Source: Candidatus Uhrbacteria bacterium
GTDB taxonomy: Bacteria; Patescibacteriota; Patescibacteriia; JACQRZ01
Assembly (NCBI GenBank): GCA_016206155.1
Contig: JACQSC010000002.1
Coordinates: 143,473 to 207,472, forward strand
DNA length: 64,000 bases
Direction: 5' to 3'
Positions 35,067-43,621 of the stretch are shown here, in pieces (positions within the stretch are counted from its first letter, which is position 1; the number at the start of each line of letters is the position of its first letter). A program made the translations under genes and the position numbers. The notes beneath the pieces are model-generated. The model searched no databases, was not told the origin of the DNA, and saw only the letters and a program-made list of their open reading frames with translations.

Positions 35067-36542
35067 ATGGATCGTCCAGAAGAATACAACATCCGCATAA
35101 AGAAAGCGGAAGCGCTTGAAAAGACCGGAGTTTCGCTATACCCATCGGGATGTGGCCGCACGCATATGTGTGCCGCCGCACGCACCATTATTGAGCAGGA
35201 GGGCAGGTCAGTGCCAGTGACGGTTGCAGGCCGCATTCGACAGATTCGTAAGCACGGTGGATCGACATTTGCGCGCCTTGAAGATGAGAGCGGGGATATC
35301 CAACTCTATCTCAAGAAGGATGCCATTGGCGACGAGCGCTACGCGCGTTTCCTCGATGATGTTGACCTTGGCGATATTCTCGAAGCTGCTGGCGAGTTGT
35401 TTGTTACAAAGACCGGCGAGTCTAGCGTGCTTGTTTATTCCTATGCGATACTTGCAAAGGCGCTCCTTCCACTGCCGGATCAGTGGCATGGGCTCTGTGA
35501 TGTCGAACAGCGCTATCGTCACCGTGAACTTGACCTCATTGCAAATGAGGATGTGCGCAGACGCTTTGTCGTGCGATCAAAGCTTGTTTCCGCGTTGCGC
35601 CGCTTTCTTGATGATCGCGATTTTCTCGAGGTGGAAACGCCCATTCTCCAATCCATACCGGGAGGCGCAAGCGCGCGGCCCTTTATGACGCATCACAACG
35701 CGCTTGATGTTGACATGTATCTTCGCATCGCGCCCGAGCTATACCTTAAGCGTTTGATCATCGGTGGATTTGAACGACTGTATGAAATTGGCCGCACCTT
35801 TCGAAATGAGGGCATCGATTTCGCGCATAGTCCCGAATTCAGCATGATAGAACTCTATTGGGCATATGTGCCGGACAGAGACCTTTATATTCGATTTCTT
35901 GAGGAGCTGCTTCGCTACGGAATACGCGAAGCAATTGGTACACTCGTGGTTGTGGGTGAGGAACACACGATTGATTTTGGTTCACAGTGGCCGCAGATAA
36001 CCTTTCGTGATGCCGTTCATCAGGAGACCGGTATCGATATTGACGTGCTTAAAAACGCGCAGGATGTGCTTGATATCGTCAAAAAAGTTAAGCTTTCAAT
36101 AGATTTTTCCAATTGTGTCGGACTCGGGGAGCACATAGATCAGTTATTTAAAAAAACGGCGCGGCAGAGGATTGTACAACCAACGTGGATCCTTGATTAC
36201 CCGATTGAACTCAAGCCTCTCACGCGCGCATGCGATGACGATCCAACCAAGAGCGCATCCGCACAACTTATCGTAGAGGGGGTTGAAATTGTTAATGCCT
36301 ACTATCATGAATTGAATGATCCGCGCGAGCAGCGCACACGTTTTATGCAGCAGGAGGTGTTGCGCGCTCAAGGGAGCGAGAGCGCCCAATTCGTTGATGA
36401 GGATTTTCTCTTTGCGCTCGAGCATGGCATGCCGCCTACCAGTGGCATGGGCTTTGGGATCGATCGGCTGGTACTGTTTTTGACCGGGCAGAAGAATATT
36501 AAAGAAGTAATTTTATTTCCAACACTTCGTCCAAAAGAGTAG
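35067..36542 (+). CDS. lysS: lysine--tRNA ligase (class II)
   Basis: OB-fold anticodon-binding N-terminal domain and class II motifs (FRNEG, GGGIGIDRL-like GFGIDRL). Confidence 0.9.
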   Translation: MDRPEEYNIRIKKAEALEKTGVSLYPSGCGRTHMCAAARTIIEQEGRSVPVTVAGRIRQIRKHGGSTFARLEDESGDIQLYLKKDAIGDERYARFLDDVDLGDILEAAGELFVTKTGESSVLVYSYAILAKALLPLPDQWHGLCDVEQRYRHRELDLIANEDVRRRFVVRSKLVSALRRFLDDRDFLEVETPILQSIPGGASARPFMTHHNALDVDMYLRIAPELYLKRLIIGGFERLYEIGRTFRNEGIDFAHSPEFSMIELYWAYVPDRDLYIRFLEELLRYGIREAIGTLVVVGEEHTIDFGSQWPQITFRDAVHQETGIDIDVLKNAQDVLDIVKKVKLSIDFSNCVGLGEHIDQLFKKTARQRIVQPTWILDYPIELKPLTRACDDDPTKSASAQLIVEGVEIVNAYYHELNDPREQRTRFMQQEVLRAQGSESAQFVDEDFLFALEHGMPPTSGMGFGIDRLVLFLTGQKNIKEVILFPTLRPKE

Positions 36543-36565
36543 TCTGCTGTTTTGGCACGTTTGAC

Positions 36566-36952
36566 GTGATACATCCCGGGCATCTCGCGTATCTCAAGGC
36601 AGCAAAGCGATTGGGAGATGAACTGGTTGTTGTTGTGACACGCGATGAAACCGCCAAACGCCGAAAGGGCCGCAGGACAGCGTGTCACGAGAAAGATCGG
36701 ATGGCGCTTGTCAGAGGATTCCGCATTGTTGATAAAGTAGTGCTTGGGGATCGCGATGACTCATGGCGCATCATCATGAAGCTGCGTCCCAGGACAATAT
36801 GCTTTGGATACGATCAGCAAGCAGCGATCGATTCGCTAAAGCGAACGTTGCCCGCGATATTTCATAAAAACGTTTGCATTGTCATGGCAAAGCCGTTTCA
36901 CCCAAAAACATATCATTCCAGCTTTTTCAAACTCCTAACCCCTAAATCCTAA
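36566..36952 (+). CDS. cytidylyltransferase-like nucleotidyltransferase (HxGH family). True start is probably upstream, around 36503-36540.
   Basis: The in-frame upstream codons encode VVCCFGTFDVIHPGH, the canonical nucleotide-binding start of this family. No ATG, GTG or TTG lies between the stop at 36500 and GTG 36566. Confidence 0.55.
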   Translation: MIHPGHLAYLKAAKRLGDELVVVVTRDETAKRRKGRRTACHEKDRMALVRGFRIVDKVVLGDRDDSWRIIMKLRPRTICFGYDQQAAIDSLKRTLPAIFHKNVCIVMAKPFHPKTYHSSFFKLLTPKS

Positions 36953-37040
36953 ACTCTAAACTCTAACGCACAATTCAATGTATAAGCCGGTTTATACATT
37001 GAGTTTTACAAACCCTAACCCCTAACCCCTAACCCCTATT
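36931..37040. repeat. CCCTAA-type short tandem repeats flanking a 9-bp-stem hairpin
   Basis: ctcctaacccctaaatcctaaactctaaactctaac ... caatgtataAGCCGGTTtatacattg ... aaaccctaacccctaacccctaacccctatt. Confidence 0.8.
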
Positions 37041-37042
37041 AT

Positions 37043-38314
37043 ATGCTTGATATACATTTTGTTCGGGATAACACTGAACGAGTTCAGCAAGAGCTTGATA
37101 AACGGGGAATGCTATTTGATCTTGCGGCATTTATGGCGCTTGACCAGAAGCGACGAGCCGCTATTGCGCGGCTCGATGACCATCGCGCTGAGTTGAATGC
37201 TGCAAGCGAGGGATTTTCACAACTTGCAGATGAGGTAAAAGATGGTGAGAGAAAACGCCTCAAAGAACTCAAGGCAAAAATTGCGACGGGCGAGTATGAG
37301 TTGAAAGATATAGAAGAAGAGTGGACTCGCGGCCTATTGCAGCTCCCCAATATGAGTCATGAATCCGTGCCGGTTGGCCCTGATTCATCGGGAAATGTCG
37401 TGGTCAAAAAGGTTGGGAACGCGCCTGTTTTCTCATTTGCGCCGCTTGGGCATCAGGACGTTCCTGCCATAAAGCAGTGTATTGACTTGGATCGCGGCGC
37501 TAAGATTTCGGGGAGCCGCTTTTGGTACCTTAAGGGTCCGCTTGCGCGTCTCGCACTCGCATTGATGCACTACGCACTTGATTTTTATGCCTCAAAAGGG
37601 TTTGAGCCAATGATGGTACCAATGCTCGTGAAGGAGTCGGCAATGATTGGAACGGGTTTTTTTCCTGCCGACAAGAACGAAATATATACCGTCAATCCCG
37701 ATGAGGACAATCTTTTTCTGGTTGGTACGGCAGAGGTTGCGCTTGCGTCGTATCATATGGATGAATGCGTCGATTTGTCTCATGGGCCTATCCGTTATGC
37801 GGGTTTTTCGTCGTGCTTTCGGCGCGAAGCGGGAACATACGGTAAAGACTTGCACGGCATCATTCGCGGGCATCAGTTTAACAAAGTAGAGATGTTTATT
37901 TTTTGCCGTCCCGAGGATTCGTGGCGCGAGCATGAATTTCTATTACAGTGTTCTGAGGAGTTTCTTCAATCATTGGGGCTTCACTATCAGGTATTGAATA
38001 TGTGTACCGGAGATATTGGTGCGCCAAATGCTAAGAAGTATGATATCGAAACATGGATGCCCGGCTCACAAATGTATCGCGAGACGAATTCGTGCAGCAA
38101 TGATACTGATTTTCAGGCGCGGCGACTCCACTGCACCTATCGGGATGCTATCGGAAAGCAACAACACGCGCATACATTGAATAACACCGGTTGTGCGGAC
38201 TTGCGCACCATGATTGCGCTTATTGAAACCTACCAGCAAGAAGATGGAAGTGTCCTTATCCCGCCGGCGCTTCAGCCCTACTGCGGCTTTGATATGATCT
38301 CAGTGCAACGATGA
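37043..38314 (+). CDS. serS: serine--tRNA ligase
   Basis: N-terminal coiled coil followed by a class II core (motif 2 FRREAG..., motif 3). Confidence 0.9.
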   Translation: MLDIHFVRDNTERVQQELDKRGMLFDLAAFMALDQKRRAAIARLDDHRAELNAASEGFSQLADEVKDGERKRLKELKAKIATGEYELKDIEEEWTRGLLQLPNMSHESVPVGPDSSGNVVVKKVGNAPVFSFAPLGHQDVPAIKQCIDLDRGAKISGSRFWYLKGPLARLALALMHYALDFYASKGFEPMMVPMLVKESAMIGTGFFPADKNEIYTVNPDEDNLFLVGTAEVALASYHMDECVDLSHGPIRYAGFSSCFRREAGTYGKDLHGIIRGHQFNKVEMFIFCRPEDSWREHEFLLQCSEEFLQSLGLHYQVLNMCTGDIGAPNAKKYDIETWMPGSQMYRETNSCSNDTDFQARRLHCTYRDAIGKQQHAHTLNNTGCADLRTMIALIETYQQEDGSVLIPPALQPYCGFDMISVQR

Positions 38315-39168
38315 TGCGCAACAGACGGTATGCCAAAGATCGGGAACGCCACCGAACATTATTCCCCGGTACGCGCAAGTTGCTGAGTATCGGTTGCGGC
38401 GTCATTGCGGCAGTTGCGTTTGTGGGTGTGGTATTTTTTTCTCCCTTTTTTACAATTGAATTTGTCGATATCGAGGCGCAGGGGGGGATTGAAGAGGGCG
38501 CCGTGCGCGCTCACATGTTTGCCCAGATGGAGCAAAAGCGCTTTTGGCTTTTTTCCCAAAAGAATATTTTTTTCTTTTCATCAAAGCAGGCGCAAGAGGC
38601 ATTATCTCAGCGATTCGTGCTTGAGCGTTCAGCGATCTCTAAGCGCTATCCCCACACACTTCGCGTAAGCGCAACAGGCAAGCAATTCCGACTCCTCTTG
38701 ATCGGAAAAGGAACAGTGCTTGATCTTGCGTCTGATGGTACGCCAAGCGCGGATTTGTCGCAGGATCGCTCAGACACCAATCCCTCAGCGGTGTATGCGC
38801 GCACGCTTGCTATGTCTTATGGCGGCGGCACCCCGCCGATCCCGAAAGAGGAAATAGATGCGCCTCTTGTGCTGTCAGACAGCTTAGCGCTCGACCGGGA
38901 GACGGTTATGTTCATTCGTGCGGTATTTGCCCAAAGCAGAGATCGCGGATATCGGCCGTTGTTGTTTTATCATAAGCAGAACACCCCATCGATTCGACTG
39001 AAGACGAGCCAAGGCTGGGATATTCTGTTTTCTCTGATTGAGGATCCGGAAAGTCAGATTAAAAATGTCGGGACTATTCTCGATACATACTTCCAGAAAA
39101 AAGATAGGCGGTCTCTTGACTATATTGATGTTCGTTTTGACCGCAGAGTTTTTTATAAAGAGGATTAG
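38311..39168 (+). CDS. FtsQ-like cell-division membrane protein (POTRA)
   Basis: Single TM segment, then FVLERSAISKRYPHTLRVSATGKQFRLLL resembles the FtsQ POTRA pattern. ATGA overlap with serS. Confidence 0.45.
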   Translation: MMRNRRYAKDRERHRTLFPGTRKLLSIGCGVIAAVAFVGVVFFSPFFTIEFVDIEAQGGIEEGAVRAHMFAQMEQKRFWLFSQKNIFFFSSKQAQEALSQRFVLERSAISKRYPHTLRVSATGKQFRLLLIGKGTVLDLASDGTPSADLSQDRSDTNPSAVYARTLAMSYGGGTPPIPKEEIDAPLVLSDSLALDRETVMFIRAVFAQSRDRGYRPLLFYHKQNTPSIRLKTSQGWDILFSLIEDPESQIKNVGTILDTYFQKKDRRSLDYIDVRFDRRVFYKED

Positions 39169-39178
39169 TGGTGTCGGT

Positions 39179-40297
39179 ATGAGAATTGGTATTGATGTTC
39201 GCGCATTGCAATGGCAAGCCGGCGGCGTACAAGAGTATACGCGCCATGTTGTTCGTGCGCTTCTTGCGTCAGAGAAGCGTCATCAGTATGTACTCTTTGG
39301 CAATGCATGGCGCGGCACTCCTCCACTTGATTTCCCCGCGAAGGGACCGTTCCACAAGACATGTTATCTGCGCAATCCAAACAAGCTTCTGCACGCCTCA
39401 CTTGTGATGTTTGACAGGCCGCGCATCGACAATCTTATTCATCACCACACGGGGGTGCGGGTAGATTTGATGTTTTATCCGAACATTCATTTTATTGCCA
39501 ATTCCCCCAATTGCGCCAGCGTCGTGACAATGCATGACCTTTCCTATCATCATTGTCCTGATCTGTATTCACGAAAAAGCCGATTTTGGCACCGCATCGT
39601 GCGGCCGCGAACGATCACTGCGCGAGCCACTCACATCATCGCCGTATCCAACGCCACGCGCAATGATCTGATTGCAAGCTATGGAATAGACGGATCAACT
39701 ATAACGGTAACACCTCTTGACTGCGCCGAGGAATTTAAAGATCGCCGGCATGGAGGACCGCACCGTGTACGTGATGTTATTCTGCTTTTTGGAGCCGACC
39801 ACTTGAGGAAAAATGCAGAAGGGTTGCGCGAGGCCTTTCTGACTGCGCGCGCGCGATCCACTACGCTGCAAAAATATACGCTCGTACTTATAGGGCGAGG
39901 AATGACACGTGCGCGTTCGCACGCCGCTCTGCGCCATGAGGGTATTGTTCATAGGGAGCTGGTTTCTCGCCATGAACGCATCGACCTGTATCAACGAGCC
40001 GCCCTTATCGCGTTTCCGAGCTTTATGGAGGGTTTTGGTATTCCGCTTCTTGAGGCGGCACACATGCGTGTACCGATTGTATGCGCGAATCATTCAAGCA
40101 TCGGCGAGGTTATCGGAATGGGCGCCTATTATGTTAATCCCTATAACACGAGGGAGCTTGCAAAGGCGCTCATTGACATTCTCACCGATACGGCGCTTGC
40201 CACTTCTCTTACGAATGATGCATACGCCGCTGCGAGTTCGTATTCTTGGGATCGGACCGCATCGATTACACGTTCAGTCTTTGAAAAAGTCTTATGA
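39179..40297 (+). CDS. glycosyltransferase family 4 (GT-B, retaining)
   Basis: MRIGIDVRAL... with the EGFGIPLLEAAHMRVPIVCANHSSIGEV motif. ATG at 39179. The track ORF extends further upstream. Confidence 0.8.
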   Translation: MRIGIDVRALQWQAGGVQEYTRHVVRALLASEKRHQYVLFGNAWRGTPPLDFPAKGPFHKTCYLRNPNKLLHASLVMFDRPRIDNLIHHHTGVRVDLMFYPNIHFIANSPNCASVVTMHDLSYHHCPDLYSRKSRFWHRIVRPRTITARATHIIAVSNATRNDLIASYGIDGSTITVTPLDCAEEFKDRRHGGPHRVRDVILLFGADHLRKNAEGLREAFLTARARSTTLQKYTLVLIGRGMTRARSHAALRHEGIVHRELVSRHERIDLYQRAALIAFPSFMEGFGIPLLEAAHMRVPIVCANHSSIGEVIGMGAYYVNPYNTRELAKALIDILTDTALATSLTNDAYAAASSYSWDRTASITRSVFEKVL

Positions 40298-41436
40298 AGA
40301 TTGGTATTGACGCACGGCTCTATGGCCAAGGACTTGGGTTGGGGCGCTATGTCTCAAAGCTTATTGAGCACCTCGAGCTCCATGATGATACCAACACCTA
40401 TACTATTTTTTTGCGAAAGGCAAACTATGATCTCTATACGCCGCGCAATACTCGATTTAAAAAAGTTTGCGCCGATGTTCCGTGGTATTCACTGAAGGAG
40501 CAGTGGCTCTTGCCCTGGATTTTTTTCAAGGAGCGATGCGATCTCTTGCACGTGCCGCACTTCAATGTTCCGGTTCTCTATCCGGGGGCGCTGATCATTA
40601 CTATTCACGATGTCATTCTTCTCAAACATAGGTTGTCCGCTACTTCTGCCGCCTCGACGCGTCATCCAGTCAGTCATTGGTTAAAATATATGGGCTTTCG
40701 AGTGGTCGTGCGCATTGCCATTGCCCGAGCAAGTCGGATTATAGTAGTATCGCAATCGGTTGCTCACGATCTCTCCGCATTTTTTCCTTCATGCAAACGC
40801 AAGCTTCGTATTGTTCGTGAGGCTGCCGATGCAATTTCCCACTCCCAGCCGCTTGTCGATCCATCGTTCGATCCCGGAAAGCAATTTTTTTTCACGGCAG
40901 GAAACGCCTATCCGCATAAAAATATATCAACGCTTCTCGAGGCTGTACGGCTAGCTTCTAGGCAGATACCAGAAATCCGGCTTATTCTGTGCGGACAGGA
41001 GGATTTTTTCCAAAAGCGGCTGATACAGGAAATAAACGACCGTGGATATGCATCGATTGCGCATCATGTCGGATGTGTTTCTGATGCAGTGCTGCGATGG
41101 CTCTATGAGCACGCTGTTGCGATCGTACTTCCATCGCTTGAAGAAGGTTTTGGATTACAGATTGTTGAAGCGTTTGTCCACTCATGTCCAGTCATCGCTT
41201 CTCGGATTCCTCCCTATGAAGAAATAGGCGGCGATGCTGTTTGTTTTGTAGATGCAAGAAAGGCATTTGAGATTGCCGGCGCCATGCAGGAGCTTCTGCG
41301 TGACAATGAGCGTCGCTGTGCTATGATACAGCGCGGTACCGTACGAGCGGGCATGTTTTCCTGGAATGCCGCAGCACACGCAACGGTTCTTGTTTATGCG
41401 GAATCTATATATGAGGCCAAAGAAACTATTGTATAA
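40294..41436 (+). CDS. glycosyltransferase family 4 (second copy)
   Basis: MKIGIDARLYGQ... with EEGFGLQIVEAFVHSCPVIASRIPPYEEIGGDA. ATGA overlap with the previous GT. Confidence 0.8.
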   Translation: MKIGIDARLYGQGLGLGRYVSKLIEHLELHDDTNTYTIFLRKANYDLYTPRNTRFKKVCADVPWYSLKEQWLLPWIFFKERCDLLHVPHFNVPVLYPGALIITIHDVILLKHRLSATSAASTRHPVSHWLKYMGFRVVVRIAIARASRIIVVSQSVAHDLSAFFPSCKRKLRIVREAADAISHSQPLVDPSFDPGKQFFFTAGNAYPHKNISTLLEAVRLASRQIPEIRLILCGQEDFFQKRLIQEINDRGYASIAHHVGCVSDAVLRWLYEHAVAIVLPSLEEGFGLQIVEAFVHSCPVIASRIPPYEEIGGDAVCFVDARKAFEIAGAMQELLRDNERRCAMIQRGTVRAGMFSWNAAAHATVLVYAESIYEAKETIV

Positions 41437-42187
41437 TCACGGATGGTGGGCGACTGGCGTGATCGTTGGCGCTCTCTTTGCCCTCACAAACACGTGGGTC
41501 GTATGGTTTGCGCTCGCTTTGTTGATTGCGCTTATCATTGAGTCGGGAATTGTTTTTCTTTATCTTCGGGGCCGCGAACCGGGTGCAGTATGGGCTGCCA
41601 CGGGCATGATCATGATCACAATTTCAAGCGCAGGCGCTCTATTGCTCTTTCTGGAGCGTACCTTGTTTAAAATACCGCTTATAGGAGTCATTGTTTTTCT
41701 TTTGTTATTTGCGCACTACACACTCCGTTCCGCGTGGCTGCATCGCGATGTTGATGTCCGCATTATGGCCCGAGACAGTATGCGCCTGCTCGCATTCGGA
41801 TCAGTTTTTTTCTATGGAGCAGTATTTTTTGCAACCCTCTTTTATTTCGGTGTGGGCATTGCGCATCTTCTTCTGCCATTGCTTCTCGTTCCTTTTGGCG
41901 TGAGTATGATTCACGGATGGTTTGATCATCCCGCGATTCGGACGCGTATTGTGCATTCGGTCGGCGCCGAAATTCTTATGCTCGAGTCGCTCGTTGTTCT
42001 TCTCTTTCTTCCGGTATCATACGGATTTTCCGCGCTCGTGATTCTCCTGACCTATTTCCTCTACGACGAGTATGTTTCGCGTCCCAGCCAAGAGCATGGG
42101 GGTGCACATCAGAACGATCGAGCGATTTCTTTCGTTATCGCCGGAATTGTGATATCCTTGTTGTTAGCAGTTGCGCGTTGGCGGTAA
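41411..42187 (+). CDS. polytopic membrane protein (hypothetical)
   Basis: Seven or more hydrophobic segments. Start chosen at M16 of the track ORF. Confidence 0.5.
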   Translation: MRPKKLLYNHGWWATGVIVGALFALTNTWVVWFALALLIALIIESGIVFLYLRGREPGAVWAATGMIMITISSAGALLLFLERTLFKIPLIGVIVFLLLFAHYTLRSAWLHRDVDVRIMARDSMRLLAFGSVFFYGAVFFATLFYFGVGIAHLLLPLLLVPFGVSMIHGWFDHPAIRTRIVHSVGAEILMLESLVVLLFLPVSYGFSALVILLTYFLYDEYVSRPSQEHGGAHQNDRAISFVIAGIVISLLLAVARWR

Positions 42188-42198
42188 GGCTATAATGT

Positions 42199-43299
42199 AT
42201 GAACTATCTGCGGATCGAAAAGTCACCTATTTTTGATATGCTCCTGTTTTGGGTTTGTGTCGCGCTCGTCGCCGGCGGCGCAGGCTTTATTGGGGGCGGC
42301 ATGCGCATCAATGAACAGATTACGCTTGAGCCTGCCGCGCAGACTCAAACGGTCGTACTGGAGGATCGAACCAGGGGAGCCGACGAACAGAGCGGTACTA
42401 TTGACGGTATTCTCTCATCGATAGGAAGGAGCATGGTTTCACTGTATCGATGGCAGCTTCCGCAGGGAGGCGCGTTATCGTTATCATTTCCAGAAGAGTC
42501 GCAGTTCTTGGGTTTTGCGCTTGCTGTCACCAGCGATGGATGGCTGGTCACAACTGCGCCACTCAATGATCGACCAGACTCATTTACTGTGCTTACCGAT
42601 CAGAATACCTATTTCCCCATAACGCAGATTGTGCAGGACGCTGTTGCCGGCTACACGTTTTTTAAGATTGAAAATTCGGACCTACGGCCCATTGAATTTT
42701 CTTCATTTACAGACCCCTTCCGTTTCGAGGATGGCTATCTTATTCGTAATCGATCGGCGATTGAACGAATGATTGTCACGCCGCCACGAATACCTGACAG
42801 TGAAACAGGACCCGATGGTATGTTAAAAACATCACGTTTGAGCAAGGTGCTCAATCCATCCGCATCATTTAAAACAGCTTGCATGCCGGTTATACGTGAT
42901 GAACGTTATGTGTTTGGCTGTACGGCTGAGACCGGCGTGCGATCGTTCCGTTACTTGCAGCGATCCCTCTCTGCAATTTTAAAAAAGGGAGACCATGGAC
43001 GGTCCACGCTTGATATTCCCTATAGGAATCTTGCGTCAGTACCAGCTTCGGCGTCCGCACCACAACGAACAGGTGCATTGATCGTGCTTGATTCCAAAAA
43101 AACAATTCGCATTGCCGTTGCCGGCGGTGGAATTCTCGAGCTTCGCAACGGTGATAGTATCATGAGCGTTGGAGGGGAGGCGGTTGATCAGAACAGGGAT
43201 CTTGGCGAGTTGCTCGGCCAGTATGCCGTTGGGGAAACCGTTGCAATTCGCGTAATTTCCGGCGGTTTAGAAAAAGAGCATCGCATTATTCTTAACTAA
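42199..43299 (+). CDS. membrane-anchored PDZ-domain protein (HtrA-like, catalytic triad not evident)
   Basis: N-terminal TM segment. C-terminal PDZ-like segment ILELRNGDSIMSVGGEAVDQNRDLGELLGQYAVGETVAIRV. No GNSGG motif seen. Confidence 0.55.
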   Translation: MNYLRIEKSPIFDMLLFWVCVALVAGGAGFIGGGMRINEQITLEPAAQTQTVVLEDRTRGADEQSGTIDGILSSIGRSMVSLYRWQLPQGGALSLSFPEESQFLGFALAVTSDGWLVTTAPLNDRPDSFTVLTDQNTYFPITQIVQDAVAGYTFFKIENSDLRPIEFSSFTDPFRFEDGYLIRNRSAIERMIVTPPRIPDSETGPDGMLKTSRLSKVLNPSASFKTACMPVIRDERYVFGCTAETGVRSFRYLQRSLSAILKKGDHGRSTLDIPYRNLASVPASASAPQRTGALIVLDSKKTIRIAVAGGGILELRNGDSIMSVGGEAVDQNRDLGELLGQYAVGETVAIRVISGGLEKEHRIILN

Positions 43300-43306
43300 T
43301 ATCGCT

Positions 43307-43612
43307 ATGTCCAGCTACGATCTATTCCTTCTCGTCGCAACACTAGCGCTTGTTTTTATCGCCGCTTTTCTCTGTTGCGCGCTCTATTGGCTCATCAGAG
43401 TGCTGCGTATTTGGACGGCTCTGAGCGCGGAGTTCGAACGAAATGTCCATCAAGGTATTGACCGCTTTTATCAAGCGCTGCACGCGTTGTCATCATTTAA
43501 AGCCGTTGCCGATATCGGCATGCAAACTCTTCAGGCAGCGCTGTCGGTATACCAGCGAAAGAAGACATCCGCGCGCAGCAAACGCGCTCTGTCAAAGGAG
43601 TCCGATTCATAA
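43307..43612 (+). CDS. small membrane protein (hypothetical, 101 aa)
   Basis: N-terminal TM segment. Tightly packed upstream of dnaE. Confidence 0.4.
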   Translation: MSSYDLFLLVATLALVFIAAFLCCALYWLIRVLRIWTALSAEFERNVHQGIDRFYQALHALSSFKAVADIGMQTLQAALSVYQRKKTSARSKRALSKESDS

Positions 43613-43621
43613 TGGTTTGTG

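Noticed and set aside
42199-43299. HtrA serine protease call for the PDZ protein
   Set aside because: No His-Asp-Ser triad motifs (no GNSGG). Only the PDZ-like C-terminus is supportable.
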